A model generated the notes under the pieces. It was not told the DNA's origin. It did no database searches and saw only the letters and a list, made by a program, of their open reading frames with translations. This document shows positions 8,140 through 19,149 of a DNA stretch of 64,000 bases, piece after piece. Each line of letters opens with the position of its first letter. Positions within the stretch are counted from its first letter, which is position 1. This stretch comes from Candidatus Helarchaeota archaeon (GTDB lineage: Archaea > Asgardarchaeota > Lokiarchaeia > Helarchaeales > RDOG01). The position numbers were made by a program, and so were the translations under genes. Location: positions 192,001 through 256,000 of the forward strand of contig JAHPZH010000005.1 of the NCBI GenBank assembly GCA_019058315.1, in the 5' to 3' direction.

Positions 8140-9483
8140 ATGATATACTTTTTTGGAGATGAATTTTTGCAATTAGAGGCTTTAGATGATTCAGAATTGA
8201 AACCAAAGAGGACAATTGTAGAAGCTTATAAAAGTATTCCTGATCATGTTTATACAAAGAAGTGGATTCCACTCATACCTCATATGCTTTGGTCATTGCA
8301 ATTTGTAGAGTATGATGATTTTGAACGTGACTTAAGAGATGGTATATCAGAAAGGGCAGGCCAAGCTATGGCTAATCGTATGGAGGAATTTAATGTGGAA
8401 GATTTTGATACTTCTTTTTTAACTTCTGCTGCTGATAATATAAAAAGAAAATCAGAAACAATGATTCCATGGGGTTTCCCGCCCAATATGACAATACGGG
8501 CAGATCTACACTCATCCAGTAGCATCATGATATATGGGCCCTCACACGATATTAGTTTCTGCGGTATCAATGATATAACTCGGGAAATCGAGTTTGCGTT
8601 CAATATTCACATGGAAAACGGAACCCCAGAAGATAGATGGTGGATCGCTGGTGATGATGAATTATTTAAAAGGAGACATATGAAATTAGGATATAAATTA
8701 AAAGAAATGCCTCAAAAATTCGACCATATTTCTGAGTCTGCTGCTAGGGTTCGGGATATAATGATGGATATTCGTAATGAGCGAACCCCTCAATATGCTC
8801 ATGCTTCCTATAGTGTGTGTTTTGTATTCATTGCTGTTGGGATCATAACACCTATTTCTAATTACGACGCATTAGGTCAACTTTGGGATGGCGTCAATGC
8901 TGAAAACATCTATGGTCTACCGCACCCCCTCTTCGGTTATGAGCCTTGGCCCTCTATGCTCAACACTATGTTTGGTCTTTCTCGCAAGGACTGGTGCATA
9001 GCATTATCAAGAATGTTATCTGGTAACTTACTTTACATGCAACCGTTTGGTACAGACATAATGAAAGAATTAAGATCACGGGCTCCAGAACAGTTTGATC
9101 GTATGTTAATAATGCTAAGCTATCAATTAAAGAAGCTTGGCATACCCCTACCCTCTCAAACGGCGAATGTTATCCCTCCAGAATATGATCCGGTAAGGGG
9201 GGAATGGAAGACTTTAGAATTTAAATATCCGCCTGGTCCTCGAGTATTTTATGAAGACTTAGATTTGAGCTTCGATGAAGCGACTCAGGGTGTGCTTTTT
9301 AATATAAATCATAAATCTAAAATCGATAAAGTCACTCGAGACCACATAATTTCAATAGGGCTGGGAGAAAATACAAAATACTTAAAACCCGAGGGTTGGA
9401 TGGAAGAGGAAAAGCGTAAAAGAAGAGCCAAGAAAAAAGTTAAGAAAATCCGAAAGGTCATAAAATATAAAAAGACACCCTAA
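8140..9483 (+). CDS. Uncharacterised family X protein with polybasic C-terminal tail
   Basis: Clear paralog of 21808, 23176 and 26495; probable true start TTG 8167 after a GGAGA RBS. Confidence 0.85.
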   Translation: MIYFFGDEFLQLEALDDSELKPKRTIVEAYKSIPDHVYTKKWIPLIPHMLWSLQFVEYDDFERDLRDGISERAGQAMANRMEEFNVEDFDTSFLTSAADNIKRKSETMIPWGFPPNMTIRADLHSSSSIMIYGPSHDISFCGINDITREIEFAFNIHMENGTPEDRWWIAGDDELFKRRHMKLGYKLKEMPQKFDHISESAARVRDIMMDIRNERTPQYAHASYSVCFVFIAVGIITPISNYDALGQLWDGVNAENIYGLPHPLFGYEPWPSMLNTMFGLSRKDWCIALSRMLSGNLLYMQPFGTDIMKELRSRAPEQFDRMLIMLSYQLKKLGIPLPSQTANVIPPEYDPVRGEWKTLEFKYPPGPRVFYEDLDLSFDEATQGVLFNINHKSKIDKVTRDHIISIGLGENTKYLKPEGWMEEEKRKRRAKKKVKKIRKVIKYKKTP

Positions 9484-9522
9484 ATTTAAAAAAGATATCT
9501 CAACACATAGATTGGGTGGGAC

Positions 9523-9729
9523 TTACCTACATTTAATAATAGATTTTGAAATTTCAGGATAAAAAGCTTTATAACAATCTTTACAAAGATAAATTGGAAA
9601 TTTAAAACCATTAATTTTGAGAATTCCAGACTTTTTTATTTTTTTTGAACTGCAACAAGGACATAAAATTGGGGTTTTTTTATAATTAGGATCAGCATTT
9701 ATGTCGGAAATCAAACTGGAATTTGACAT
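9523..9729 (-). CDS. Small zinc-ribbon protein
   Basis: CPCC...CKDC, 68 aa. Confidence 0.55.
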   Translation of the reverse strand: MSNSSLISDINADPNYKKTPILCPCCSSKKIKKSGILKINGFKFPIYLCKDCYKAFYPEISKSIIKCR

Positions 9730-10053
9730 AATTCATTCCAAATTATTGATAGTATATAAATATTGTCATTACGATTATTTCAATTGAAAAAAATTGTCAA
9801 ATAATACGTAAAAAAAATTGATTTTGCGCCTAAATTTAGAAAATCAGCTTAAAATTGAAATAGACTCAAAAATATAGAAAGTTAATTACTATACTCAAAA
9901 ACCACAAAAATAATTTGCAATTCTAAAATTCGTGTAACTAATTTTAAGGTACTTACTTTTCCTAGTTCAATACTTTTAAATATTTACTCAAAAATATGAT
10001 TATAAGCTTAATTATATATAATTATGTAATAAAATACAGAAGGATAATAGAAT

Positions 10054-11643
10054 TTGAGAGAAAAATACATAATTTTGACTCTAGCTCTCTTTCTCATAAC
10101 AAGTTGTGTAGCTGTCAACTTACTCCAGAACACCAATATTGTGAGAATCCAAACTATTAATAACTCAGACCTCAGAATTTCCTCACACATCGTATTGCAA
10201 CCAAATGGAATTGCATTGATCGATGAAGTAAATGATCAAACAAGTATGCGAATTTGTACAGACGGTGCAGGAGGTGCTATCATAACTTGGCAAGATGATA
10301 GAGCTGGACTGGGAACTGGAGATGTATACGCTCAAAGATTTAATTCGACACATACTTACTGGACAACAAATGGGACCTTAGTTTGTAATGAAGAGAATCA
10401 ACAAGATTTCATAAGAATTATAAGTGACGGAAATAATGGAGCAATTATAGCTTGGAGAGACCAAAGAGGGGGATCACAACATTGCTATGCACAAAAAATC
10501 GATTCTGCTGGGAATAGTCAATGGACGGATAATGGAACTGCAGTGTGTATAAACCAAGCTATACTAACTAACCCACAAATGTGTGTAGATGGAGATGGTG
10601 GAGTAATTATTGTATGGAATGATGATCGTAATGGAAATCGCGATCTTTTTGCACAACGTATAAATTCAACTGGACAAGCAAATTGGACAGCAAATGGAGT
10701 TGATATCTGTAATGCAACAGGTGAGCAATCGGCCGTAGATATAATTCCAGATGGAAGTGGCGGAGCAATAATTGCTTGGAGCGACCGAAGAATGGGAGTC
10801 CTAGATTACGATATATATATCCAAAGAATCAATTCAACGGGACATATACAGTGGGCTAATAATGGAACCCCTATTTGTACAGCAGATAATCGACAATTTA
10901 CTCCGAATATATGTACTGATGGAGGAACTGGCGCAATCATAGCTTGGTATGATGAAAGAGATATCGAACGTGATGTTTATGTCCAAAAGATCGATTCAAA
11001 TGGCGTCCCTCAATGGGAAGCAAATGGTACATGTATCTCTAACATGACTGGTGATCAAACAAATACTAAAATGATATCGGATGGGCTCGGAGGTGCAATA
11101 ATCGTTTGGGAGGATACTAGAGGCGCTAATCAAGATATATATGCACAACGAATAAATGGAACTGGACATACACAGTGGACGAGTAATGGTACATTAATTG
11201 TTAGTGCAAGTGATGTTCAAGATAATATTGATCTATGTTCCAATGGTGCTAATGGAGCATTTATCGTTTGGGAAGATTCAAGGGGTGCATCTAATTCACA
11301 AATATGGGGGCAATTGATTTCTATGGATGGCACACTTATATGGTCAACTAGTGGAGCTCCCATCTGCACAGCTGGCGGAGAAAGTAGATATCCTAAAATA
11401 TGTAACAATGGAAGTACTGGAGCTATTGTTGCTTGGATTGACAGTAGAGGTGCTGACATAGATATCTATGTACAAATGTTAACAAATGATACTTATATGC
11501 CCTCAGTTGGAGGTACTAACCTGTTAGGAATGCTTTTATTGGGGATGCAACAACCATCAGACATAATTTTGCCAGTTGTAATAATAGTAATCGTGGTAGC
11601 TGTTGTAATTGTTATAGTAGTGTTCTATAGACAAAAAAAATAA
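10054..11643 (+). CDS. Secreted, membrane-anchored beta-propeller repeat protein (8 repeats)
   Basis: N-terminal signal/TM; eight W..NG..IC...Q....I..DG.GGAII.W.D.R...DIY.QRI repeats; many N-x-S/T sequons; C-terminal TM followed by RQKK. Confidence 0.85.
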   Translation: MREKYIILTLALFLITSCVAVNLLQNTNIVRIQTINNSDLRISSHIVLQPNGIALIDEVNDQTSMRICTDGAGGAIITWQDDRAGLGTGDVYAQRFNSTHTYWTTNGTLVCNEENQQDFIRIISDGNNGAIIAWRDQRGGSQHCYAQKIDSAGNSQWTDNGTAVCINQAILTNPQMCVDGDGGVIIVWNDDRNGNRDLFAQRINSTGQANWTANGVDICNATGEQSAVDIIPDGSGGAIIAWSDRRMGVLDYDIYIQRINSTGHIQWANNGTPICTADNRQFTPNICTDGGTGAIIAWYDERDIERDVYVQKIDSNGVPQWEANGTCISNMTGDQTNTKMISDGLGGAIIVWEDTRGANQDIYAQRINGTGHTQWTSNGTLIVSASDVQDNIDLCSNGANGAFIVWEDSRGASNSQIWGQLISMDGTLIWSTSGAPICTAGGESRYPKICNNGSTGAIVAWIDSRGADIDIYVQMLTNDTYMPSVGGTNLLGMLLLGMQQPSDIILPVVIIVIVVAVVIVIVVFYRQKK

Positions 11644-11738
11644 CTTTTTTTCCTTTTTTTTGATCAGAATAACTTTAAAAATTAATATTGAAGAAAGTAA
11701 GATCGAACCAAGGTCTAAATCTCTTAACAATTTTATAT

Positions 11739-13457
11739 TTACATCAATCTTTCGCGTACTAATATAACTATAATAAAACAAACGAGTGACATAACGCCAT
11801 ACAATCCAATCATCATAGATAAACCAAGGAGAGATCCATCTGTTGTTAGGCCGTAAAGGTATCCTATAAGGATAAATGAAGCGAAAGCAATAAGATAGAG
11901 ATAATATTTTTCGTAATATCTTTTACCGTGAGTTTCCTCCGCCTTTTTCGTATAAACCTCAGTAACAACGATTTCTTCTAATTCTCTACCTTTACTTTCT
12001 GGAGATAGGAGGTGGATTGTAAAAGCTGCAGTTAGTATAGCTAATAGCATCAAAAAAAACATATATTGATAAGAGAGGTTCAGTCCACCGACTTGTTCAG
12101 CCCCAAACATCAAGAAAAAAGGGACAAGTATAACGGCACCTCGTTGCACGGCGTTTATCCAACCCATGGCAGTGCTTCTAATATGAGTTGGTAACATTTC
12201 TAAAGGAATTAATATCGTTCCAGAACTTATCAATACCAGAGAAAAAACACCTATGGATCCACCAATTACCGAAAGAGTTTGAAGGATAACATCGGGTTCA
12301 CCAGCGATAAAAATCGCAGGAAAAGCATAAAAAATACTCCCAATGATGAGCAGATAGTTAAAGAGCCTAATAACAGGTAACCTGCCGTAGCGGTCAAATA
12401 AAGGACCTGCAAAGACCGCCCCAAGACCCGCTGATCCCGCAATTGGCATCGTAAGAAACCCAATTAATTCCTGAGACATCTTAAGTTCGCGTGCAAAATA
12501 GAGGCCAAAAAAGGTTATTTGACCGAAATATACTAACTGAATTAAAAAGCCTGCAACGCACCCTAATATCATAGGTCTGGCAAATTTCTTTTGTAGGGGA
12601 ACAAACCAGCCAGTTTTTTGCTGTAATCCTCTTTTTTTTCGCCATTGTTCATATTGTTTCATGGCTTTGAACCGTTTAGTTTCTTTTAAGAAGAAGAAGA
12701 GAGGAATTATAAAGATAATGCCTACGATATTTAAGAAGTAAAGCGATTGCCAGTTTGACATATATGTCCCTCCGGGTAAGGGAACCTTTATACCTAACAT
12801 CTGGATTAATCCACAAGCCATTCCACCAAAAGCTGTCATACTTAACACAACCCCTACTAGTCTCCCTCGTAAATGATCGGGGGCTTCTTCTGCCATGATT
12901 ATAACAACAATATCCCCAGATAGAAAAAAGTTAGCAAATAATCGAAAGATTAGAAAATAACCCAGCCCATTGGGACCTGGCGGAGATAATGAGGTCAGGA
13001 CTGCGAATGATATAAAACCTATTGCAGTAAAAATTGTTAATGGTCTGCGTCCAAACTTGTCAACCAAATATTTAAAAGAAACTGCAAGAACAACCCCAAT
13101 TCCTGCAAAACTCAATATCATTCCAAGCACAAGAGGACTGTCTGAAACTCCAAAATAGGAAAATAAATCGGGATCTTGTGCAATCAATTGCTGAAAGAAA
13201 CGAAGTAGACGGGATTGTCCAAATCCAGAAATAGCCAACATGATGGCAATTGTTCCCCAACCGTCGAAAAATGTAACTATATTGGCGAATATAAGGACAA
13301 ACCAAAGATACTTTGTCATTTTTGTAGGAAATCCTGCTTCTGCTTTCTTTTTATCGCGGATTTTCTTGCGTTCTTCCTTAGATAATTTCTTAGAGACTTC
13401 AATGTTAGATTTTTCAACTTCTTCCTTAGAGTTCAACTCTAGATTTCTTTCTGCCAT
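11739..13457 (-). CDS. MFS transporter (sugar porter/AAHS/SV2-like), paralog 4 of tandem array
   Basis: DKFGRR, EEAPDHLRG, DRYGR, EMLPTHIRSTAMG, PESKGRELEE. Confidence 0.9.
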   Translation of the reverse strand: MAERNLELNSKEEVEKSNIEVSKKLSKEERKKIRDKKKAEAGFPTKMTKYLWFVLIFANIVTFFDGWGTIAIMLAISGFGQSRLLRFFQQLIAQDPDLFSYFGVSDSPLVLGMILSFAGIGVVLAVSFKYLVDKFGRRPLTIFTAIGFISFAVLTSLSPPGPNGLGYFLIFRLFANFFLSGDIVVIIMAEEAPDHLRGRLVGVVLSMTAFGGMACGLIQMLGIKVPLPGGTYMSNWQSLYFLNIVGIIFIIPLFFFLKETKRFKAMKQYEQWRKKRGLQQKTGWFVPLQKKFARPMILGCVAGFLIQLVYFGQITFFGLYFARELKMSQELIGFLTMPIAGSAGLGAVFAGPLFDRYGRLPVIRLFNYLLIIGSIFYAFPAIFIAGEPDVILQTLSVIGGSIGVFSLVLISSGTILIPLEMLPTHIRSTAMGWINAVQRGAVILVPFFLMFGAEQVGGLNLSYQYMFFLMLLAILTAAFTIHLLSPESKGRELEEIVVTEVYTKKAEETHGKRYYEKYYLYLIAFASFILIGYLYGLTTDGSLLGLSMMIGLYGVMSLVCFIIVILVRERLM

Positions 13458-13560
13458 CCCAAACCTACCTCTTAATATTAAATGAATCTTGTGAAATATA
13501 ATTAATGTCTATATAATTTTATTTATAGAAACGAGAAATAGGGGTTTGAAAAAAAATATG

Positions 13561-15309
13561 CTACATAATTTTTTCTCGCACATAGTAGATTAATAAGAAA
13601 GCAATGAATGACAACAGAGAATAAAATGCAACCATATAAGCTACATTAGGGAGAGGTACATTAGTGGTCTGTCCATAAAGAAAACCAAGACCAATAAATG
13701 CGCAGATGGAGATTAAGTATAGGTGATATTTTTCTTTATATTTTTCATCACGGGCTTTTTCTTTTTTAGTATAGACCTCTGTTGACACTATTTCTTCTAG
13801 CGTTCTGCCTTTACTTTCAGGAGCAAGGATATATATTGTAAAGATCGCTGTCAAGAAAGCTATAAACTGAAGGACGAACATAAACTGATATGAAAGTCCT
13901 AAACCTCCCAATTCTTCTGCACCGAACATTATAAGGAATGGAGCAAGGACCATAGCACCTCTAGTTATTGCGTTTACCCAACCCATGGCTGTGCTTCGGA
14001 TATGAGTTGGAATCATCTCTAATGGTATTATCATACCGCCAGCACTTACAATAACAAGACCAAAGACACCTATCATTCCACCCATTACAACAAGAGCTTG
14101 TAAGAGTGGGTTAGGTATGTCAGCAACAACAAAAACTGTAGGAAATGAAAATAAAGTACCTCCAACGAAAGTAACATAACTAAAGATTCTTACCGTTTTG
14201 ATCCTTCCCCAACGATCCATCAAAGGACCAGCTAAAAATGCGGCAATTCCTCCAGTTGCAACAATTGGAACAGATACAAGCCCTATTAATTCCTGGGACA
14301 TTTTTAATTCTTTGGCGAAATAAAGTCCGAAAAATGTTACTTGAGCAAAAAAGACTAATTGGAGTAAAAAGCCTGCTAAACAACCCAATAACATTGGACG
14401 TGCATACTTCTTTTTTAGGGGAGTAAACCATCCTACTTTTGAATCTAAACCTTTTTTCTTACGCCAATCCTCATACCTTTTCATAGCCTTAAATCTTTTA
14501 GTTTCTTTTAAGAGAAAAAACATTGGAACTATAAAAGCAAATCCGATAATGTTCAAAAAATAAAGGGATTGCCATACCGTCATAGTTGATCCCCACGCAA
14601 AATCAAATCCCCAAGGATTGGGAATTGGAGCTCTAATCTTAAGTGTCTGAATTACTCCGCAAGCTACACCTCCGAAAGAGCTCATTGCAACTACTATACC
14701 GATTAAACGACCTCTTAAATGGTCTGGAGCTTCTTCAGCTATTATAATCACTACAATATCTCCAGAGAGAAAGTAATTTGCTACCAATCGGACTATCAGA
14801 AAATAAATCAAGCCGCCAGGACCGGGGGGAGAGAATGCAGTTAAAACTGCAAAAACCACGAATCCAACGGCAGTAATAAGGGTTAAAGGCCTTCGACCAT
14901 ATTTATCAACTAAAAATTTAAAAGATACTGCAAGTATTACTCCAGAACCTGCAATACTAAGAATCATTCCTAAGACAATAGGACTGTTTGAAACACCAAA
15001 ATATGTAAATAAATCCGGGTTTCCTATCTGCTGGAGGGAGCGGAGAATATTAGTTTCTCCAAACCCCGACATCGCTAGCATAATTGCTATCGTACCCCAA
15101 CCGTCGAAAAAAGACACAATATTTGCAAAAATAAGGACAAACCAAAGATATCTTGTCATCTTACTAGGAATGCTTGTTTCTGCTTTTCTTTTTTCACGAA
15201 TTTTTCTGCGTTCTTCTTTTGAAAGTTTTTTGGGAGTTATATCACTGGTTTCTTCCGATTCAATACTGAAGTTAGGCTCTTTAATTTCTTCCATTATTTT
15301 GAACTCCAT
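13561..15309 (-). CDS. MFS transporter, paralog 3 of tandem array
   Basis: DKYGRR, EEAPDHLRG, EMIPTHIRSTAMG, PESKGRTLEE. Confidence 0.9.
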   Translation of the reverse strand: MEFKIMEEIKEPNFSIESEETSDITPKKLSKEERRKIREKRKAETSIPSKMTRYLWFVLIFANIVSFFDGWGTIAIMLAMSGFGETNILRSLQQIGNPDLFTYFGVSNSPIVLGMILSIAGSGVILAVSFKFLVDKYGRRPLTLITAVGFVVFAVLTAFSPPGPGGLIYFLIVRLVANYFLSGDIVVIIIAEEAPDHLRGRLIGIVVAMSSFGGVACGVIQTLKIRAPIPNPWGFDFAWGSTMTVWQSLYFLNIIGFAFIVPMFFLLKETKRFKAMKRYEDWRKKKGLDSKVGWFTPLKKKYARPMLLGCLAGFLLQLVFFAQVTFFGLYFAKELKMSQELIGLVSVPIVATGGIAAFLAGPLMDRWGRIKTVRIFSYVTFVGGTLFSFPTVFVVADIPNPLLQALVVMGGMIGVFGLVIVSAGGMIIPLEMIPTHIRSTAMGWVNAITRGAMVLAPFLIMFGAEELGGLGLSYQFMFVLQFIAFLTAIFTIYILAPESKGRTLEEIVSTEVYTKKEKARDEKYKEKYHLYLISICAFIGLGFLYGQTTNVPLPNVAYMVAFYSLLSFIAFLLIYYVREKIM

Positions 15310-15455
15310 AATATCATATTCAAAATACCCTCAAAAAATGCTGAATCTTTATTGATTTTTCATGAAAAATGATTAGTAACAATCCAATTTTTTCCTTTAA
15401 AGAGAAATTTCTCTTAAATAACCCAAATGGGTAAGAATTTTGAAAGATTAATTCT

Positions 15456-17189
15456 TTACATAAATTTTTTTCTGACTATAAATACAACTAAAATCCCGAT
15501 GACTGAAAGTAGAGTATAGAATCCAAGCATTATCATCATATTGAAAATAGGTGCACCGCTGGTTTGATAGTAGAGGAAACATAAAGCCACGAATGAAGAG
15601 ATATAAATTGTCCAATATAGATATGGTTTATTATCTATCTTTTTTACTTCTTCTTTTCTCTCAGCATAGACTTCAGTAGCAACTATCTCTTCTAGATCTC
15701 TACCTTTAGTTTCTGGAGCTAACATTAAAACTACATAGATTGCGGTAAAGAAAATCATATCCATAAAAATGAACATAAACTGATAAGATAAACCTAAACC
15801 ACCCAATGTTTCCGCCCCGAACATCATTAAGAACGGTGTTAGTATCATTGCTCCCCGAGTTACGGAACTAGTCCAACCCATGGCTGTACTTCGAATATGT
15901 GTCGGCATCATTTCTAAAGGAAGTAGTGTTACTCCAGTAGTTACTATATATAGACCCAACGCACCCAAACAATCACCTAATACAACAATTGCTTGTAGAA
16001 CTGGGTTTGGTATATCTCCAAGAACAAATACACCAGGAACAGAAATTAAGGTACCTCCAACGAGAGTGATCATAGAAAAGAATTTAATAGTCGGCAATCT
16101 TCCGAAGCGATCCATTAAAGGTCCAGCAGTAAGTGTACCAGCTCCAGCAGATATCATAATTGGAAGTGTAACTAGCCCAATTAATTTTGGAGACATTTTC
16201 ATTTGTTTAGCGAGATAATAACCAAAAAATGTTACTTGAGCATATGTGATGACCATAACCAAAAATCCCGCTATCATACCTAATGCCATTGGACGTAGAT
16301 ATTTCCTTTGTAAGGGTACACTCCATCCAGTCTTTGCTTTTAATCCTCTTTTCTTTCGCCATTCTTCATATTTTTGCATGGCTTTAAACCGCTTAGTTTC
16401 TTTTAAGAAGAAGAAAAGAGGAATTATTAATATGAAGCCTATAATATTCATAAAGTATAAGCTCTGCCAGACGGTCAAATAAGCTCCAAAAATACGAACT
16501 CTTATCCCAAATAGCTGCATTATACCACATGCAAATCCTCCCAAATTACTCAATGCCATTACGATTCCTGTTAGACGCCCCCTTAAGTGGTCTGGAGATT
16601 CCTCCGCCATTATTATAACTACTACATCTGCGGAAAGAAAATAATTTGCTAACATTCTGACAATTAAAAAATAGATTAATCCCGGTGAACCAGGGGGAGA
16701 AAATGCAGTTAGAAAAGCAAATGTCATAAATGCAACAGCAGTGACAAGAGTTAGAGGTCTGCGACCAAATTTATCAACCAAAAATTTAAAAGAAACTGCA
16801 GCAACAACTCCTATCCCTGCGATACTGAGAATTATACCCATTACAACGGGTTGGTTTGAAATATTAAAATATGTGAAAAGATCAAAATCCCCTGTAATAA
16901 ATTGGCGAAAAGCATTTTGAAGATTAAGAGGACTCCCCCAACCGCTCATGGCTAGCATAATAGCAGTTGTGCCCCATCCATCAAAGAAGGAAACAATATT
17001 TGAGAATATTAGTAGAAACCATAAATATCCAGTCATCTTGGTTGGAAACCCTGACTCCGCTTTCTTTTTTTCGCGGATTTTTCTACGTTCTTCTCTTGAT
17101 AAATTATTGGAAATCTCTTCTTTTACCTTTTTTGCTTCAACCTCAGACGAGGGATTTTCAAAGTTTTCTTCCATCTCCAAAACTCCCAA
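15456..17189 (-). CDS. MFS transporter, paralog 2 of tandem array
   Basis: DKFGRR, EESPDHLRG, EMMPTHIRSTAMG, PETKGRDLEE. Confidence 0.9.
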   Translation of the reverse strand: MGVLEMEENFENPSSEVEAKKVKEEISNNLSREERRKIREKKKAESGFPTKMTGYLWFLLIFSNIVSFFDGWGTTAIMLAMSGWGSPLNLQNAFRQFITGDFDLFTYFNISNQPVVMGIILSIAGIGVVAAVSFKFLVDKFGRRPLTLVTAVAFMTFAFLTAFSPPGSPGLIYFLIVRMLANYFLSADVVVIIMAEESPDHLRGRLTGIVMALSNLGGFACGIMQLFGIRVRIFGAYLTVWQSLYFMNIIGFILIIPLFFFLKETKRFKAMQKYEEWRKKRGLKAKTGWSVPLQRKYLRPMALGMIAGFLVMVITYAQVTFFGYYLAKQMKMSPKLIGLVTLPIMISAGAGTLTAGPLMDRFGRLPTIKFFSMITLVGGTLISVPGVFVLGDIPNPVLQAIVVLGDCLGALGLYIVTTGVTLLPLEMMPTHIRSTAMGWTSSVTRGAMILTPFLMMFGAETLGGLGLSYQFMFIFMDMIFFTAIYVVLMLAPETKGRDLEEIVATEVYAERKEEVKKIDNKPYLYWTIYISSFVALCFLYYQTSGAPIFNMMIMLGFYTLLSVIGILVVFIVRKKFM

Positions 17190-17259
17190 AAAAATTAGTA
17201 ATATATTATTTACAATATCCTTTATTTATACTTGATCTAATTCAAAAATTTTGATAAAT

Positions 17260-18996
17260 TCACATATAATGCTTTTTTATATAATAAACGAGAATAAAAC
17301 CAGCAAGAGATAGTATAGTATAAAATCCAAGCATTATTATCATATTACCAAGAGTTGCCTTAGTGGTCTGGACGTATAAGAATGATAATAGCATAAATGA
17401 AGCGATATATATTAAATATAATATGTATGACTCCTTTTTCATCTCTTTGTGAATTTTCTCTCTTCCGGCATAAACTTCGGTTGCAACAATTTCTTCTAAT
17501 GCTCTTCCCTTGCTTTCCGGTGCGAGCATATAGATCACGTAAACTGCCGTAAAAAAAATCATATCCATAAAAATAAACATGAAATGGTAGGTAAGTCCTA
17601 ATCCTCCTACTTCTTCTGCCCCAAACATCATTAAGAAGGGTGTTAATATCATTGCTCCTCTAGTTATAGCGCTAATCCACCCCATTGCAGTGCTTCTAAT
17701 GTGAGTTGGGAACATTTCCACAGGAAGTATCATCACTCCAGCAACTGTAATCACAAGACCAAAAATACCGAGGCAATCTCCAACAACTACTATGGCTTGC
17801 AAAACGGGATTTGGAATGTCTCCGACGACGAAAACAGCGGGAGCTGATATTAGGGTACCTCCAAGGAGAGTAATATAAGAGGCAATTCGAATGGTGGGCA
17901 ACCTTCCCCAACGATCCATAAAACTACCAACCAGCATAATTCCGAGAGCTGCGGCTAGCAAGATTGGAAGAGTAACTATCCCAAGTAATTCTTGGGACAT
18001 CTTCATTTGCTTAGTTAAATAAAGTCCAAAAAACATTACTTGCGCAGAATAAATGACTTGAAATAAAAACCCTCCAAGCATACCGAGTGCCATTGGACGG
18101 AGATATCTCTTTTGTAGAGGGGCAAACCAGGTGGTTTTTGGCTTTAATCCTTTTTTTACTCGCCAATCTTCATACTTTTTCATAGCTTCAAACCGTTTTG
18201 TCTCTTTTAACCAGAAGAATAGCGGAATTATAAGAACGAATCCTATAATATTGATGAAATAGAGACTTTGCCACACACTCATGGACCCTAACCAATTTAA
18301 ACTAAAACCCCATGGATTTGGAATAGGAACTCTTATCTTTAACGTCTGAATTATTCCACAAGCGAATCCGCCTATAGAGCTCATTCCCATGACGACACCC
18401 ATTAAACGGGCTCTTAAATGGTCCGGAGATTCTTCTGCGATAATTATCACGACGACATCACCTGATAGGAAATAATTTGCCAATATTCGGAAAATAAGAA
18501 AAAATAGTAGACCCTCTGGACCGGGAGGAGAAAATGAAGTAGCTAGTGCACATAAAAGAAATGCAATCGCAGTATAAAGGGTAAGTGGGCGGCGTCCGAA
18601 TTTGTCTACTAGATATTTAAAAGAAACTGCAGCGACGACTCCCGTTCCGGCAATACTTAAGACTATCCCCATAATGACGGGGGTGTTTGAAAGACCGAAA
18701 TACGTGAAAAGGTCAGGGTTACCAATTTGTTGAAAATTTCGGAGGAGATTGGTCTGCCCCCAGCCAGCCATTGCGAGCATGATAGCGATAGAACCCCAGC
18801 CATCGAAGAATGAAACTATATTTGCGAAGATAAGTACAAACCATAAGTATCCAGTCATTTTGATTGGAAATCCAGACCTTGCTCTTCTTTCTTCCCGTCT
18901 TTTCTTCCTTTCTGGGCTAATTGGTTTTTTAATAGTATTTTTACCGGCTTCTATTATCTCCTTTTTAGAATCCGGCTTATTACTTATTTCAACCAT
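17260..18996 (-). CDS. MFS transporter, paralog 1 of tandem array
   Basis: DKFGRR, EESPDHLRA, EMFPTHIRSTAMG, PESKGRALEE. Confidence 0.9.
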   Translation of the reverse strand: MVEISNKPDSKKEIIEAGKNTIKKPISPERKKRREERRARSGFPIKMTGYLWFVLIFANIVSFFDGWGSIAIMLAMAGWGQTNLLRNFQQIGNPDLFTYFGLSNTPVIMGIVLSIAGTGVVAAVSFKYLVDKFGRRPLTLYTAIAFLLCALATSFSPPGPEGLLFFLIFRILANYFLSGDVVVIIIAEESPDHLRARLMGVVMGMSSIGGFACGIIQTLKIRVPIPNPWGFSLNWLGSMSVWQSLYFINIIGFVLIIPLFFWLKETKRFEAMKKYEDWRVKKGLKPKTTWFAPLQKRYLRPMALGMLGGFLFQVIYSAQVMFFGLYLTKQMKMSQELLGIVTLPILLAAALGIMLVGSFMDRWGRLPTIRIASYITLLGGTLISAPAVFVVGDIPNPVLQAIVVVGDCLGIFGLVITVAGVMILPVEMFPTHIRSTAMGWISAITRGAMILTPFLMMFGAEEVGGLGLTYHFMFIFMDMIFFTAVYVIYMLAPESKGRALEEIVATEVYAGREKIHKEMKKESYILYLIYIASFMLLSFLYVQTTKATLGNMIIMLGFYTILSLAGFILVYYIKKHYM

Positions 18997-19149
18997 CCCA
19001 AAGTTGTTATTTAAATTCTAATGAAAAACAAAATTATGCTTTATTGTATAGCAAATCACCTTTATAAAATGCATATTCATATTAGATATAATTTTAAAAT
19101 TTCAAATGTAAGATAAATCTTTGAAGTATTGTGTTATAATTATTAAAAA

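Noticed and set aside
7973-8272. 99 aa minus-strand ORF
   Set aside because: Overlaps the promoter and 5' end of conserved family X gene; no recognisable features
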